NCBI GenBank assembly: GCA_963707985.1
Contig: CAVPRW010000031.1
Coordinates: 128,001 to 192,000 of the forward strand
Reading direction: 5' to 3'
Length of the DNA stretch: 64,000 bases
Source: an uncultured Nitrospinota bacterium
Lineage (GTDB): Bacteria > Tectomicrobia > Entotheonellia > J063 > CAVPRW01
Below the pieces are notes generated by a model, which saw nothing but the letters and a program-made list of their open reading frames with translations, was not told where the DNA came from and searched no databases. The position numbers were made by a program, and so were the translations under genes. Positions within the stretch are counted from its first letter, which is position 1. Each line of letters opens with the position of its first letter. This document shows positions 23,377 to 33,725 of this stretch, one piece after another.

Positions 23377-24644
23377 GTTTCACCCTTCTCACTCTCCACC
23401 GGTGGGGCAGAGCGAGGCACCACATGTACGCGCTCAACCATACGGTTGGTGGCCTCTTCGATCTCGAGCATCAGCCCGTCATGCATGAGCAGCTCCCCGC
23501 GTTGCGGTATGCGCTCAAGCTCAGCCAGGATAAACCCCGCCAGTGTAGCGTAATCTCCTGTCGGCAGATGTATGCCCAAGATCTCGTTGATGGCGTCGAT
23601 CTCCATGCGCGCGTCGATGCGAAACGAGCCGTCAGGTAGAATTTCGTAAAGCCGCCCCCGGGCATCATATTCGTCTTCGATTTCCCCAACGATTTCCTCG
23701 ATCATATCTTCGATGGTTACAATCCCCACCGACCCGCCGTATTCATCTACCACCACAGCCAGCGGGATGCCCTTCTGCTGGACATCTTTGAGAAGATCTC
23801 CGATGCGGCGTGTCTCAGGTACGTAATACGCCGGTCGAATCAGCTGACGAAAGCTTCGCTCACCTGGTGGCATGGAAAGGACATCTAAAGCATTCACCCA
23901 GCCGACGATGTTATGAATGTTGTCCTGGAAAATGGGGATGCGCGAGAACCCATGCTCACGGATGGCCTGAATCAGTTCATCGACGCTGGTGTTATCCTCA
24001 AGGGCGACAACTTCGACCAACGGGATCATCGCGTCGCGCACCCGTGTGTCACTGAAGCCGAAGATCCGCCGAATCATCCGCCGTTCATGCACCCCAAGCG
24101 CACTGCTGCGATCAGTCAGACGTACCAATAGCTCTAGCTCTTCTTTGGTCACGAAGGGATTCTTATGCTCCGACTGCAGACCAAAAAAACGCAGCCCCTG
24201 TCCGACCAGCCAGGTGATCATGTAGGCCACGGGGTAGCAGATGTAGAACACCGCACGCAGCGGCAGAATAACCATTGCTGCGAGCCGGTCCGCATGGTGC
24301 TGAAAAATCGTCTTCGGGAAGATTTCGCCTACCGTCAGCACGAGCGTGGTCATGAGCACGAGGGCTGCCCACTCTCCCCGGTGACCCAGCCAATTGACGA
24401 AGACTGCAGTGGCTAGTGACGTCCCGGTTACGACCACGAGGTTGTGCATGACCAGGGTGCTGCCGAGCATTTGTTCTGGCTTGTCGAGCGTCTGCAAGAT
24501 CAGCTCGGCGATGCGCGAGCCTTGCTCGGCGCTATGGCGGATCTTTAACTTATTGGCAGAGTACAGGGCAATCTCCGCCCCAGAGATGAATGCCTCTGTC
24601 CCCAAACAAGCAACGATCACCACCGAAGCCAACCACGGCTCCAC
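23373..24644 (-). CDS. CNNM/CorB (DUF21-CBS-CorC, hemolysin-family) membrane protein
   Basis: [45 protein letters not shown]. Confidence 0.92.
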   Translation of the reverse strand: MEPWLASVVIVACLGTEAFISGAEIALYSANKLKIRHSAEQGSRIAELILQTLDKPEQMLGSTLVMHNLVVVTGTSLATAVFVNWLGHRGEWAALVLMTTLVLTVGEIFPKTIFQHHADRLAAMVILPLRAVFYICYPVAYMITWLVGQGLRFFGLQSEHKNPFVTKEELELLVRLTDRSSALGVHERRMIRRIFGFSDTRVRDAMIPLVEVVALEDNTSVDELIQAIREHGFSRIPIFQDNIHNIVGWVNALDVLSMPPGERSFRQLIRPAYYVPETRRIGDLLKDVQQKGIPLAVVVDEYGGSVGIVTIEDMIEEIVGEIEDEYDARGRLYEILPDGSFRIDARMEIDAINEILGIHLPTGDYATLAGFILAELERIPQRGELLMHDGLMLEIEEATNRMVERVHVVPRSAPPVESEKGET

Positions 24645-24646
24645 GA

Positions 24647-25909
24647 CTACCCTTCCTCTCGGCGCACACGAATCTCCAGAATGCGTGTGCCTTTGATATG
24701 CTCGATGGTAAAAGTCAACCCATGGGCGCTCACCGCTTCGCCACGCTTCGGCAGCTTGCCGAAGAGGTGGAAGACATGGCCGCCGATGGTATCTGCGTCT
24801 CCGTGTGGAATCGATACACCCAATTGTGCATTGAATTCATCCAGCGGCAACCGGGCGGATACCACGTAGGTCTGTGCGTCGATCTGTCGCTGCATGACCT
24901 CTTCGATGTCGAATTCGTCCACAATTTCGCCGACCAGCTCCTCCAAGGCATCCTCCATAGTGACGAGCCCCGATATTCCACCGTACTCATCGACCACGAT
25001 CGCCATATGCACCTTATTGCGCTGAAATTCCCGCAGCAGATCGTCGATCCGCTTCGATTCAGGCACGAAAAACACTCGATGGAGCAAGTCTCGCAACTTG
25101 ACCTCCAGCTCGGGATGGCGACTGTAAGGTAGCAGATCCTTGGCGTAGAGAATGCCAATGATTCGATCGATCGTTCCTTCGTAGACCGGAATACGGGAGA
25201 AGCGATTGTCTTTGATTTTGGGTAGAGCCGTGACCAACGCTTCGCCGACTTCAAGCGCGAAAATGTCGGTACGGGGGGTCATGATTTGAGATACCCGGTG
25301 TCCAGCAAACTCGAAAACCCGTTGGATCAAATGCCGCTCGCGCTGATCGATAATCCCTTCACCCTCACTGATCTCCACCAAGCTCGTAAATTCCTCCGTA
25401 GTGATCAAGGCGATCGGCCGCTCGGCATGTGCGCCCATGATAGTATCCACCAGCTTCCGCAACCCCCAACGCAGTGGGGTGATGACATAGGCGAAGGCCT
25501 GCATGGGCCAGGCGACTAGCCGAGAAATGCGCTCAGGGTACCGGACCGCTAGGCTTTTCGGGGTCACTTCACCGCAGAGCAGGAGTATGAGCGTCGTGGC
25601 GACGATCGCCATGTACTCCCCTCCTTCGCCATACAGAAGGAGTGCGAGCGAAGTAGAGGTGACCGCCAGCGCCACATTAACGAACTCGTTACCGATCAGG
25701 AAGGTGATGATCAGGTTGGTGGGGTGTTGGAGCATGGCAGCGATGAGGCGGCCAACCATGCCCCCGCGCTCCCGCATGCGTTCGACCTGGACTGTATTGA
25801 GCGAAAAGAGGGCAGCCTCTGACCCGGAGAAGAAGGCCGAGCAGACGAGCAGAATGGCTATGAGTAAGAGCCTAACGAGCAGTACACTCTCCAATGCCGC
25901 ATCATCCAA
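24647..25909 (-). CDS. CNNM/CorB (DUF21-CBS-CorC) membrane protein, second paralog
   Basis: FFSGSEAALFS, GEVTPK, IMTPR, VVDEYG, EELVGEIVDEFD; start uncertain (TTG 25909 or 25894). Confidence 0.9.
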   Translation of the reverse strand: MDDAALESVLLVRLLLIAILLVCSAFFSGSEAALFSLNTVQVERMRERGGMVGRLIAAMLQHPTNLIITFLIGNEFVNVALAVTSTSLALLLYGEGGEYMAIVATTLILLLCGEVTPKSLAVRYPERISRLVAWPMQAFAYVITPLRWGLRKLVDTIMGAHAERPIALITTEEFTSLVEISEGEGIIDQRERHLIQRVFEFAGHRVSQIMTPRTDIFALEVGEALVTALPKIKDNRFSRIPVYEGTIDRIIGILYAKDLLPYSRHPELEVKLRDLLHRVFFVPESKRIDDLLREFQRNKVHMAIVVDEYGGISGLVTMEDALEELVGEIVDEFDIEEVMQRQIDAQTYVVSARLPLDEFNAQLGVSIPHGDADTIGGHVFHLFGKLPKRGEAVSAHGLTFTIEHIKGTRILEIRVRREEG

Positions 25910-26951
25910 ACACCATGATCCACAGGCCCACGCCGACCACACACACGGCCGAGAACGGCAGCAACACCTTCCAGGACATGTACATCAGCTGATCGACCCG
26001 CAAGCGTGGTAGAGTCCAGCGCAACCACATCATGACGAAAATGAGTAATAGACATTTAATAATGAATGTTAGGGCAGGTGGCAGAATGGGAGTCGGCAAG
26101 ATACTGTTCCATCCTCCCAAGAACAGCGTGGTGGCAATGGCACTGACGGCGAACATGTTGGCATACTCGGCTAAGAAAAAGATCGCGAAACGCATGCCGC
26201 TGTACTCGGTGTGATAGCCTGCCACCAGCTCCGATTCGGCTTCTGGAATATCGAACGGTGTGCGATTGACCTCGGCCAGAGCAGCACAATAGTAGATAAA
26301 AAAAGCTATAAAACTAAATGGATTACTAAAAATAAACCAATGATGAATTCCCCCCGCTTGGGCAGTTGAGATGTCCCGCATACTTAAACTCCCGGCCAGC
26401 ATGATGGTGGTCAACAGCGCAAATCCGGCCGGAATTTCGTAACTGATAATCTGTGCCGCCGAGCGAATGGCGCCATACAGCGCCCATTTATTATTCGAAG
26501 CCCAGCCGGCCATCATAATGCCAATAATTACCACTGACGAGATGGCCACTAGGTAGAGCAGGCCGATGTTCAGGTCGCTCACGATTAGCGTCGGACTAAA
26601 CGGAATGACGACAAACGCGCCAAACGCACTGGCGAACACCACCATTGGAGCGAGCGCAAACACCAAGCGATCTGCCTGTTCGGGAACAATATCCTCTTTA
26701 AACAGGAGCTTGACGCCATCGGCGATCGATTGCGCCCAGCCATGCCACCCCCCTACCCGCATAGGTCCCAGCCGATCCTGCATATGGGCCGAGACCTTAC
26801 GTTCAAGCCAGATGAGAAACATCACCATAACTGAAATGAACCCGAGGATAACCGTCGCGATCAGGATGCTCAGAACCAGTGCCAGGAGCGGCTCTGGCAC
26901 GGCGCCCAAGGCAGGGACGGCGGCCAATACCCGCTGCACCCAATCATGCAT
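25902..26951 (-). CDS. nuoH: NADH-quinone oxidoreductase subunit H
   Basis: ERKV.A.MQDRLGP, ADGVKLLFKE, QIISYE, NRTPFDIPEAESELVAGY.TEYSG, LPRLRVDQL. Confidence 0.96.
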   Translation of the reverse strand: MHDWVQRVLAAVPALGAVPEPLLALVLSILIATVILGFISVMVMFLIWLERKVSAHMQDRLGPMRVGGWHGWAQSIADGVKLLFKEDIVPEQADRLVFALAPMVVFASAFGAFVVIPFSPTLIVSDLNIGLLYLVAISSVVIIGIMMAGWASNNKWALYGAIRSAAQIISYEIPAGFALLTTIMLAGSLSMRDISTAQAGGIHHWFIFSNPFSFIAFFIYYCAALAEVNRTPFDIPEAESELVAGYHTEYSGMRFAIFFLAEYANMFAVSAIATTLFLGGWNSILPTPILPPALTFIIKCLLLIFVMMWLRWTLPRLRVDQLMYMSWKVLLPFSAVCVVGVGLWIMVFG

Positions 26952-27013
26952 ACCAATGTCTCCTCGACACGCTTTGTGACCACGCTGAATGGAAGCGCTC
27001 TAGGGCCTTGGGG

Positions 27014-27436
27014 TTAGCGGGGGAGTCGTTCTAATGCCTGCCTGCGCTCAACACCCGTGGGTGCGGGAATACGCTGTGGCATGATCCATTCGAGGTTGCC
27101 CTTGCCCCACTCGTACACCAGGCTCAGTAGCAAGATGACCAGGAAGATAAAACCCGTCACAAAACCGTACCAGCCGAGCTCACGCAGGCGAAGGGCCCAC
27201 GGGAAGAGAAAGACGAGTTCTACCTCAAAAATCACAAAAATCAAAGCGATGACATAAAACCGTGGATTAAATTGGTTGAACAGATGCCCTTCGGATTCCT
27301 CGCCACATTCATATGACGCATACTTGTCAGGCTCATCTATGCTAGGACGAATCAGACTGCCGATGAGGAGATTCAACGGGACGAAAATGGCCCCTAAAAC
27401 AAGAAAAAGCAACACCGGTAAATAGTCAACCAACAT
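27014..27436 (-). CDS. nuoA: NADH-quinone oxidoreductase subunit A
   Basis: K...YECG, FY..AL.FVIFEVE..FLFPW, YEW.KG.LEW. Confidence 0.95.
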   Translation of the reverse strand: MLVDYLPVLLFLVLGAIFVPLNLLIGSLIRPSIDEPDKYASYECGEESEGHLFNQFNPRFYVIALIFVIFEVELVFLFPWALRLRELGWYGFVTGFIFLVILLLSLVYEWGKGNLEWIMPQRIPAPTGVERRQALERLPR

Positions 27437-27688
27437 CAACGCGACCCCCCTCAAACAGCCATCTCTCCACTTGGTACACCCCGTTAATCCCAACGCCGCA
27501 GGCCATCGATTGGGATTAACCTCGCCCCAGCCTTACGTAGAGGTATCACTTGTCGGTTTAGGCTAGTGTTAGTTTATACTAGATGAGCCATGTTCAAAAA
27601 GCAAGCCTATCGCGTCCACGACACGTCTGCAAAGCGAGCTGCCGAACGATGCTAGAGGTCGTCTCGTGCCCGAGAAGCCGTCGTGGAA

Positions 27689-27722
27689 AATACTTGACTT
27701 TAAATTCAGGATTTTTTAGAGT
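27689..27722 (+). promoter_or_regulatory. Sigma70 promoter of the sulfur cluster overlapped by a candidate Rrf2 (IscR/CymR-type) operator
   Basis: TTGACT (27694)-N17-TAGAGT; imperfect palindrome AATACTTGA-N8-TCAGGATTT. Confidence 0.6.
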
Positions 27723-27780
27723 TAGTACAGCGTTGCGTCAAGGATTTGTCATGAAGGATCAGAGCAGGAGAGTCGCTGCG

Positions 27781-28788
27781 ATGGCGCGAAAGATCAAGGC
27801 CAACGTCCTTGAAGCGATCGGTGGGACTCCACTGGTGAAGCTTTCGAAGCTCCCTGGGAGGCGATCGGCAAGCGTATTCGCCAAAGTCGAATCGCTCAAT
27901 CCTGGGGGCAGCGTCAAGGATCGCATCGCCTGGAGTATGGTGCTGGATGCCGAGCGCAAGGGACTGTTGGCCCGTGGCGGTACGATCGTGGAACCGACCA
28001 GCGGTAATACGGGGATCGGGTTGGCCATGGTGGGGGCAGTACGCGGCTATCGCGTCATTCTGGTCCTTACTGATAGTATCAGCTTTGAGCGCTATCACTT
28101 GCTCAGGTCCTTCGGAGCCGAGGTCGTCTTCAGCCCTGCCGAGCGCGGTATGCAAGGGTCGGTCGAGATGGCTGAGTCGATGATCTTGGAGCATCCGGAC
28201 TATTTTATGCCACAACAATTTAATAACCCCTCAAACCCTGAGATCCATCGCCGCACGACCGCACGCGAGATTCTGAGAACCCTAGGCGACGAGCCTGTGC
28301 ATGCCTTTGTCGCTGGCGTGGGCACGGGTGGGACGATCACCGGTGTTGGCGAAGTGTTGAAAAACCGCTATCCCGAGGTGCGCGTCGTGGCCGTGGAGCC
28401 TGCCGCGTCACCAGTGTTGTCGGGGGGATTGCCTGCGGCCACGAAGATCGAGGGCATTGGCGCGGGTTTTATTCCGAAAGTGCTGAATATGCAGATCCTC
28501 GATGAAATCGTTGCCGTCGACGATGATGAGGCCTATGAGATGGCCCAGCGGCTGGCCTATGATGAGGGGTTATTGGTGGGCGTATCAGCTGGTGCTGCCT
28601 GTGCCGCAGCCCTCCAGGTCGCCAAGCGATTGGGTCCGAAAAAGCAGGTCGTGTTTATCTGTCCAGATCGGGGTGAACGCTACTTTAGCCTGAAACGCTA
28701 TTTCCGAGCGGGTGCGGCGGAGCTGCGAGGTTACGCCGTGCCACCGGTGCCGAGCCTGATGGTCGCCCACCACCAGGAGCGGAGCTGA
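27781..28788 (+). CDS. cysK: Cysteine synthase A (PLP)
   Basis: NPGGSVKDRIA, EPTSGNTG, QQFNNP.N, GVGTGGT, KIEGIGAGFIP; SD AGGAG. Confidence 0.9.
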   Translation: MARKIKANVLEAIGGTPLVKLSKLPGRRSASVFAKVESLNPGGSVKDRIAWSMVLDAERKGLLARGGTIVEPTSGNTGIGLAMVGAVRGYRVILVLTDSISFERYHLLRSFGAEVVFSPAERGMQGSVEMAESMILEHPDYFMPQQFNNPSNPEIHRRTTAREILRTLGDEPVHAFVAGVGTGGTITGVGEVLKNRYPEVRVVAVEPAASPVLSGGLPAATKIEGIGAGFIPKVLNMQILDEIVAVDDDEAYEMAQRLAYDEGLLVGVSAGAACAAALQVAKRLGPKKQVVFICPDRGERYFSLKRYFRAGAAELRGYAVPPVPSLMVAHHQERS

Positions 28789-28866
28789 GCGCACCCCTCC
28801 CCCGAGGCCTACTCGGTTACAGGGGCATGGGGCGAGTGACATTGCGTCATAGAGGAGTAATCCCAG

Positions 28867-29151
28867 ATGGCAGTTCGAGTGTTGATTCCAACCCCGCTCC
28901 AACGGCTTACCGATAACCAGGGAGAAGTCGTGATCGAGGGTAGTGATGTACGCGAGGTGATTGGTAATCTCGAAGTGAAGTTTCCCGGCGTGAAAGCGCG
29001 TCTGTGCGATGAAAACGGGGCGCTGCGGCGCTTTGTCAATATCTACATCAACGAGGAGGACATCCGTTTCCTCAAGGGCGAGGCGACGGCGTTGAAAGAT
29101 GGCGATGAGGTCTCAATCGTCCCGGCGATTGCGGGAGGAGGGCATGTATAA
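28867..29151 (+). CDS. CysO/MoaD-type ubiquitin-like sulfur carrier with residues after the GG motif
   Basis: [36 protein letters not shown] then GHV*. Confidence 0.92.
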   Translation: MAVRVLIPTPLQRLTDNQGEVVIEGSDVREVIGNLEVKFPGVKARLCDENGALRRFVNIYINEEDIRFLKGEATALKDGDEVSIVPAIAGGGHV

Positions 29152-29962
29152 TTTTAGCGAGGAGCAGATCAGACGCTACAGCCGCCATATCCTCTTGCCC
29201 GAGGTGGGCGGATTGGGTCAGACCAAGCTCTTGGAGGCGAAAGTCTTGCTGGTGGGCGCCGGCGGACTGGGCTCCCCGGCGGCATTCTATCTGGCGGCTG
29301 CTGGCGTGGGGACCCTGGGGCTTATCGATGCCGACACGGTGGATGTAAGCAATCTTCAGCGACAGATTTTACACACGACAGCCGACGTGGGACGATCCAA
29401 AACAGCATCCGCCAGGGAAACGCTACAAGCGCTCAACCCCGACGTGACGGTGATTCCCTATCAGGAGTTGTTGCATTCCAGCAATATCTTTGACATCATC
29501 AACAATTACGATGTGGTGGTCGATGGCTGCGACAACTTCCCCACGCGCTACTTGGTGAACGACGCCTGCGTCATGGCCAATATCCCCAACGTGCACGGGA
29601 GTATCTTCCGATTCGAAGGGCAGGCGACCGTCTTTAAGCCACATGAGGGCCCCTGCTATCGCTGTCTCTATCCGGAGCCACCACCACCAGGTATGGTACC
29701 GAGCTGCCAGGAAGGGGGCGTACTGGGGGTGTTGCCGGGGGTCATCGGCACGATCCAAGCCATTGAGACCATCAAGCTCATCCTGGACATCGGCAAGCCG
29801 CTTATTGGCCGCCTCCTGATGTACGATGCGCTGAAACTGACCTTCCGCGAGCTGCGATTACGACACGATCCAGCCTGTCCGTTGTGTGGGGATAAGCCAA
29901 CTATTCACGAATTGATCGACTACGAGCAATTCTGCGGTGTTCCGATCGGGGCAGTCGGGTAG
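29144..29962 (+). CDS. moeB: MoeB/ThiF E1-like adenylyltransferase (no rhodanese domain)
   Basis: RYSRH, GAGGLG, SNLQRQ, CYRC, PSCQE, CPLC. Confidence 0.9.
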   Translation: MYNFSEEQIRRYSRHILLPEVGGLGQTKLLEAKVLLVGAGGLGSPAAFYLAAAGVGTLGLIDADTVDVSNLQRQILHTTADVGRSKTASARETLQALNPDVTVIPYQELLHSSNIFDIINNYDVVVDGCDNFPTRYLVNDACVMANIPNVHGSIFRFEGQATVFKPHEGPCYRCLYPEPPPPGMVPSCQEGGVLGVLPGVIGTIQAIETIKLILDIGKPLIGRLLMYDALKLTFRELRLRHDPACPLCGDKPTIHELIDYEQFCGVPIGAVG

Positions 29963-30010
29963 CGGATAGGCTCGCAGGCTCGCTCAGGAACTGCCGAGAG
30001 GAGGCTGAAC

Positions 30011-30322
30011 ATGGCTGAGAAGCTGGGCTTTTTTCTGAGTACGAGCCCTGAACACGAGAATACCCACACGGTCAACAAATTGGCCGCAGCGGCCATGGAG
30101 AGGGGTCACACGGTGCACATTTTTATCATGTGTGACGGTGTGCACAACGCCTTCCTCCCAACATTTGTGACGCTGGTCGAGAAGGGGGCGCAGATCGTTC
30201 TGTGCTCGCACAATCTCGCCGAGCGCCAGCGACCCAAAATCGAAGGTGCCATCGTCTGTGGCAGCCAATATGATCATGCGCAATTAGTCAGTAGTGTTGA
30301 TCGGTATCTCGCTTTCAATTAA
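30011..30322 (+). CDS. DsrE/TusD-like sulfur relay protein
   Basis: GH.V.IF...DGV, LC..N, GSQYD..Q.....DR...F. Confidence 0.75.
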   Translation: MAEKLGFFLSTSPEHENTHTVNKLAAAAMERGHTVHIFIMCDGVHNAFLPTFVTLVEKGAQIVLCSHNLAERQRPKIEGAIVCGSQYDHAQLVSSVDRYLAFN

Positions 30323-30378
30323 TGGGAGAGCTGTTTGCGGCATGCACCACCAGGAGCAGGATAGTAGAGTGTAGACAC

Positions 30379-30724
30379 ATGAAACATATCGCCGTTGTCA
30401 TACGTCAGACTCCTTTCAATACGTGCCGGAACTCCGAGGCGTTGCGGATGACCGTCGGGCTGACGCTAGCCGATCACGGCATCGCCGTGATCTTCCGTGA
30501 TGACGGGGTGTATACCTTGTTGCCTATGCAACCAGCATTGATTGGCTCGCTCGAAATCGATAAGCATCTTGAGACACTCCAGCTCCTCAACGTACGTCTG
30601 ATCGCCGAACGAGAATCATTGACTGAACGCCACCTGTCTGCGCCTGAAATGGGACGTTGAGCGCCTCGGTCAGCGTGAGGTCATACAGCTCTTGGGGGAG
30701 AGCGATGCAATCATCTGCTTCTGA
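30379..30724 (+). CDS. DsrF/TusC-like protein (+1 frameshift near 30642)
   Basis: IR.TPF....NSEALRM..G...F.DDGVY; tail [26 protein letters not shown] is in the next frame. Confidence 0.75.
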
Positions 30725-30757
30725 TAGACGAGGAGCACCGAACCACGGAGTTATCCC

Positions 30758-31699
30758 ATGAGTGTGGTAAGTGAGCACGGGAATACCCGCAACCCGAAGG
30801 CGGTTAATTCTATCTTGGAGCAGATCGGCAAGACGCCGCTGCTCCGTTTCGTCAATATTACCAAAGAGCTTGACCGCGTCAGCATCTATGGCAAAGCCGA
30901 GTGGTTCAACCCGGGTGGATCGGTGAAGGACCGTCCAGCCTTGCGCATGATCGAGGAAGGAGAGCGTACAAAAGTCCTGACGCGAGAAAAGGTGATCCTT
31001 GATTCCAGCTCCGGCAATACCGGCATCGCCTATGCGCTGATCGGCGCGGTGAAGGGGTATCGTGTGGAATTGGCCGTGCCACGGAATGTAAGCCAGGAGC
31101 GCAAGCGGATCTTGCAGGCCTATGGTGCCCACGTCATCTACACTGATCCCCTTGCTGGGTCCGATGGGGCGATTCGGGAGGCACATCGCCGCTACGAGGA
31201 CAACCCTGAGAAGTACTTTATGCCGGACCAATACAACAACCCGGCTAATTGGTGGGCCCACTATGATACGACCGGACCGGAGATCATCGAGCAGACGAAA
31301 GGGCAAATCACCCATTTCGTGGCGGGTGTTGGAACCAGCGGCACCCTGATGGGTACAGGCCGTCGGCTACGGGAGTTCAATCCGCGGATCCAAATCGCCG
31401 CTGTCCTGCCGGCTGAGGATCTGCATGGGATTGAAGGGCTGAAACACATGGAGACAGCCATCGCCCCAGGCATCTGGAATGCTCAGTTCCCCGACCTCAA
31501 GCTGGCGGTGCGTACCGAGGATGCCTACACGATGGCACGCCGCCTGGCTCTGGAGGAAGGGATCTTGGTGGGACAATCGGCTGGGGCAGCTGTATACGCT
31601 GCCTTGCAGCTGGCGCGGCAGATGACCGAAGGGGTAATCGTGACGATTTTGCCAGATGCGGGAGACCGTTACTTCAGCACTGGCCTGTGGGAGGGATGA
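30758..31699 (+). CDS. cysM: CysM-type cysteine synthase family protein (PLP)
   Basis: NPGGSVKDRPA, SSGNTG, DQYNNPAN, GVGTSGT, HGIEGLKHM. Confidence 0.85.
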   Translation: MSVVSEHGNTRNPKAVNSILEQIGKTPLLRFVNITKELDRVSIYGKAEWFNPGGSVKDRPALRMIEEGERTKVLTREKVILDSSSGNTGIAYALIGAVKGYRVELAVPRNVSQERKRILQAYGAHVIYTDPLAGSDGAIREAHRRYEDNPEKYFMPDQYNNPANWWAHYDTTGPEIIEQTKGQITHFVAGVGTSGTLMGTGRRLREFNPRIQIAAVLPAEDLHGIEGLKHMETAIAPGIWNAQFPDLKLAVRTEDAYTMARRLALEEGILVGQSAGAAVYAALQLARQMTEGVIVTILPDAGDRYFSTGLWEG

Positions 31700-31705
31700 G
31701 CACTC

Positions 31706-32176
31706 ATGCGGGTGACTCGTGCGAACGCAGAACAGATGTATGCGCAGGCACTGGCGGAGTTCCCCTTCGAGTGCTGCGGTATGATTATCGGGCCGGAGGG
31801 GGAAGATATCAGCACTGAGGACCTGGTGAGACCCTGTCGAAATGTCCAGCAGGACCTTCACCAAAAATACCCCGAACGCTTTCCACGGGATGCGACCATC
31901 GGATACACCATGGCCAAGGATGATATTGAGGCCATCGTCAAAGAGGCACAGAAGCATGCGTGGGTGGTCAAGGTGTGTTATCACTCACATCCAAACACGG
32001 GGGCGTATTTTTCGCAAGAGGACCAACGTAACGCCGAAGGGTGGGACCTCTGGTTTCCCGGTGTTCGATTTGTGGTGCTGTCTGCCTACGCCGGTGAAAT
32101 TCGCGATATGCAGGGGTATCGTTGGGATGAGCCGACACAAACATTTTTGTCCATCCCCATCGAAGTGTGTGCGTAA
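31706..32176 (+). CDS. JAMM/Mov34 (M67) metallopeptidase, Mec-like
   Basis: ECCG plus HSHP....YFS.ED JAMM motif. Confidence 0.9.
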   Translation: MRVTRANAEQMYAQALAEFPFECCGMIIGPEGEDISTEDLVRPCRNVQQDLHQKYPERFPRDATIGYTMAKDDIEAIVKEAQKHAWVVKVCYHSHPNTGAYFSQEDQRNAEGWDLWFPGVRFVVLSAYAGEIRDMQGYRWDEPTQTFLSIPIEVCA

Positions 32177-32202
32177 GGGATGCTGACTGGGAGGATGATG
32201 GC

Positions 32203-32445
32203 GTGTCAACCGAGGTTAGTGCCGATAAGGATTTGAATTTGCAGGGAGAAGTATGCCCCTACACATTTGTCAAATCGAAACTGGCGTTGGAAATGATGCA
32301 GCCGGGGCAGGTGCTCCGAGTTATCGTGGACAATGATGAATCGGCCGCGAATGTTCCCCGCAGCATGCAGAATGAAGGCCACAAAGTCCTGGGGGTCACG
32401 AAGCTCGATAACAACGATTGGCAGATTGTCGTCCAAAAGTCCTGA
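32203..32445 (+). CDS. tusA: TusA/SirA family sulfur carrier
   Basis: LNLQGEVCPYTFVKSKLAL..M..GQVL; SD GGAGGA before GTG. Confidence 0.9.
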   Translation: MSTEVSADKDLNLQGEVCPYTFVKSKLALEMMQPGQVLRVIVDNDESAANVPRSMQNEGHKVLGVTKLDNNDWQIVVQKS

Positions 32446-32448
32446 AGC

Positions 32449-33354
32449 GTGGCTGGCAACAGCAAGGAGGGCCGAGTGGCCGCTGGGACATCCGCAAAGC
32501 TAGCGAAGTTAGGAGCACCGATCACTGAGTTGGATTTTTCTGAGGAGGAGGTCCGCCGCTATAGCCGGCACATCGTACTTCCCGAGGTGGGAGGCATCGG
32601 CCAGAAACGGATCAATCGAGCGTCAGTGCTGGTAGTGGGCGCCGGCGGGTTGGGCTCCCCCGTGGCGTACTATCTCGCAGCGGCTGGCGTAGGAACCATC
32701 GGCATTGTCGATAACGACATCGTCGACACTAGCAATCTCCAGCGCCAGATTTTGCACACCACCGCGGATATAGGGCGCAAGAAGGTCGAATCAGCCCGGG
32801 AGACACTATTGGCGCTGAATCCCAACTTGACGATTGTCCCTCATGATGTGCGTCTCAACGCCGGCAACATCGTGGACATCCTCAAAGATTACGACGTGGT
32901 GGTAGAGGGAAGCGACAATTTCCCGACCAAATTTTTGGTCAACGATGCCTGTGTGATGTCTGATACGCCGCTCTCGATGGCGGGGATCTTCCGCTTTTCT
33001 GGACAGATTCTGACTGTGGTTCCTCACGCTGGGCCATGCTATCGGTGTCTGATCCCGCAACCACCACCGCCCGGCGCGATTCCTAGTTGTCAGGAAGCTG
33101 GAGTGTTGGGGGCCATGGCAGGGGTTGTTGGAGTCATCCAGGCGACTGAAGCCCTCAAGCTCATTCTCGGGAAAGGGCAGGTGTTGCAAGGTCGTCTGTT
33201 GCTCTTTGAGGCCCTGCAAATGCGCTTCGAACCTATTGAGATGAAGCGTAACCCGGAATGCCCGGTCTGCTCGGAGACGCCAACCATAACCGAGCTCATC
33301 GATTACGATCTCGTCTGTGAGACGCTGCCGCATAGCGCAGCCTCGGCACCGTGA
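32449..33354 (+). CDS. moeB: Second MoeB/ThiF E1-like adenylyltransferase
   Basis: RYSRH, GAGGLG, SNLQRQ, CYRC, PSCQE, CPVC; start may be GTG 32476. Confidence 0.9.
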   Translation: MAGNSKEGRVAAGTSAKLAKLGAPITELDFSEEEVRRYSRHIVLPEVGGIGQKRINRASVLVVGAGGLGSPVAYYLAAAGVGTIGIVDNDIVDTSNLQRQILHTTADIGRKKVESARETLLALNPNLTIVPHDVRLNAGNIVDILKDYDVVVEGSDNFPTKFLVNDACVMSDTPLSMAGIFRFSGQILTVVPHAGPCYRCLIPQPPPPGAIPSCQEAGVLGAMAGVVGVIQATEALKLILGKGQVLQGRLLLFEALQMRFEPIEMKRNPECPVCSETPTITELIDYDLVCETLPHSAASAP

Positions 33355-33380
33355 TCACCCGCCTGAGCGAGCCGTATACC

Positions 33381-33684
33381 CAATACAGCGGCTTTGACGT
33401 GCGCGCTCAGCGCGGTGGGGACATCCCCGGATCTTCGATATCGAATGGGTGCACAACGTTACCAATGATGACCTCAAAAGCTTCAAACCCGCCGCTGAAC
33501 TGTGTGAGATTTACGAGGCAGCAGGCGTGACCCCCGATCATGAGATCATGGTGCATTGCGATACTGGCGTCCGTGCCGCCCTACAGTGTTCACGCTGACA
33601 TTACTAGGGTATGATCAACTACGTAATTATGATGGTTCGTGGCAGGAATGGGGCAATCATCCTGACCTGCCGATCGCACGCTAG
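33381..33684 (+). pseudogene. C-terminal domain of an SseA/TST-type rhodanese, frameshifted
   Basis: RAQRGGDIPG / IEW...FKPAAEL...HCDTGVRA / [16 protein letters not shown] in shifting frames; no N-terminal domain. Confidence 0.8.
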
Positions 33685-33725
33685 GAGGCTCACGGGTGCG
33701 ACAGACCGCCATGGAGGGATGCAGG

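Noticed and set aside
28867..33354. Ubl, E1 and JAMM genes as a CBASS/Bil-type anti-phage ubiquitination system
   Set aside because: No E2, CD-NTase or effector; the E1s are MoeB-like and the context is cysteine and sulfur metabolism.
30011..33684. Selenocysteine read-through in the sulfur-relay genes
   Set aside because: The catalytic positions I checked are Cys codons, and the breaks are frameshifts rather than in-frame TGA.
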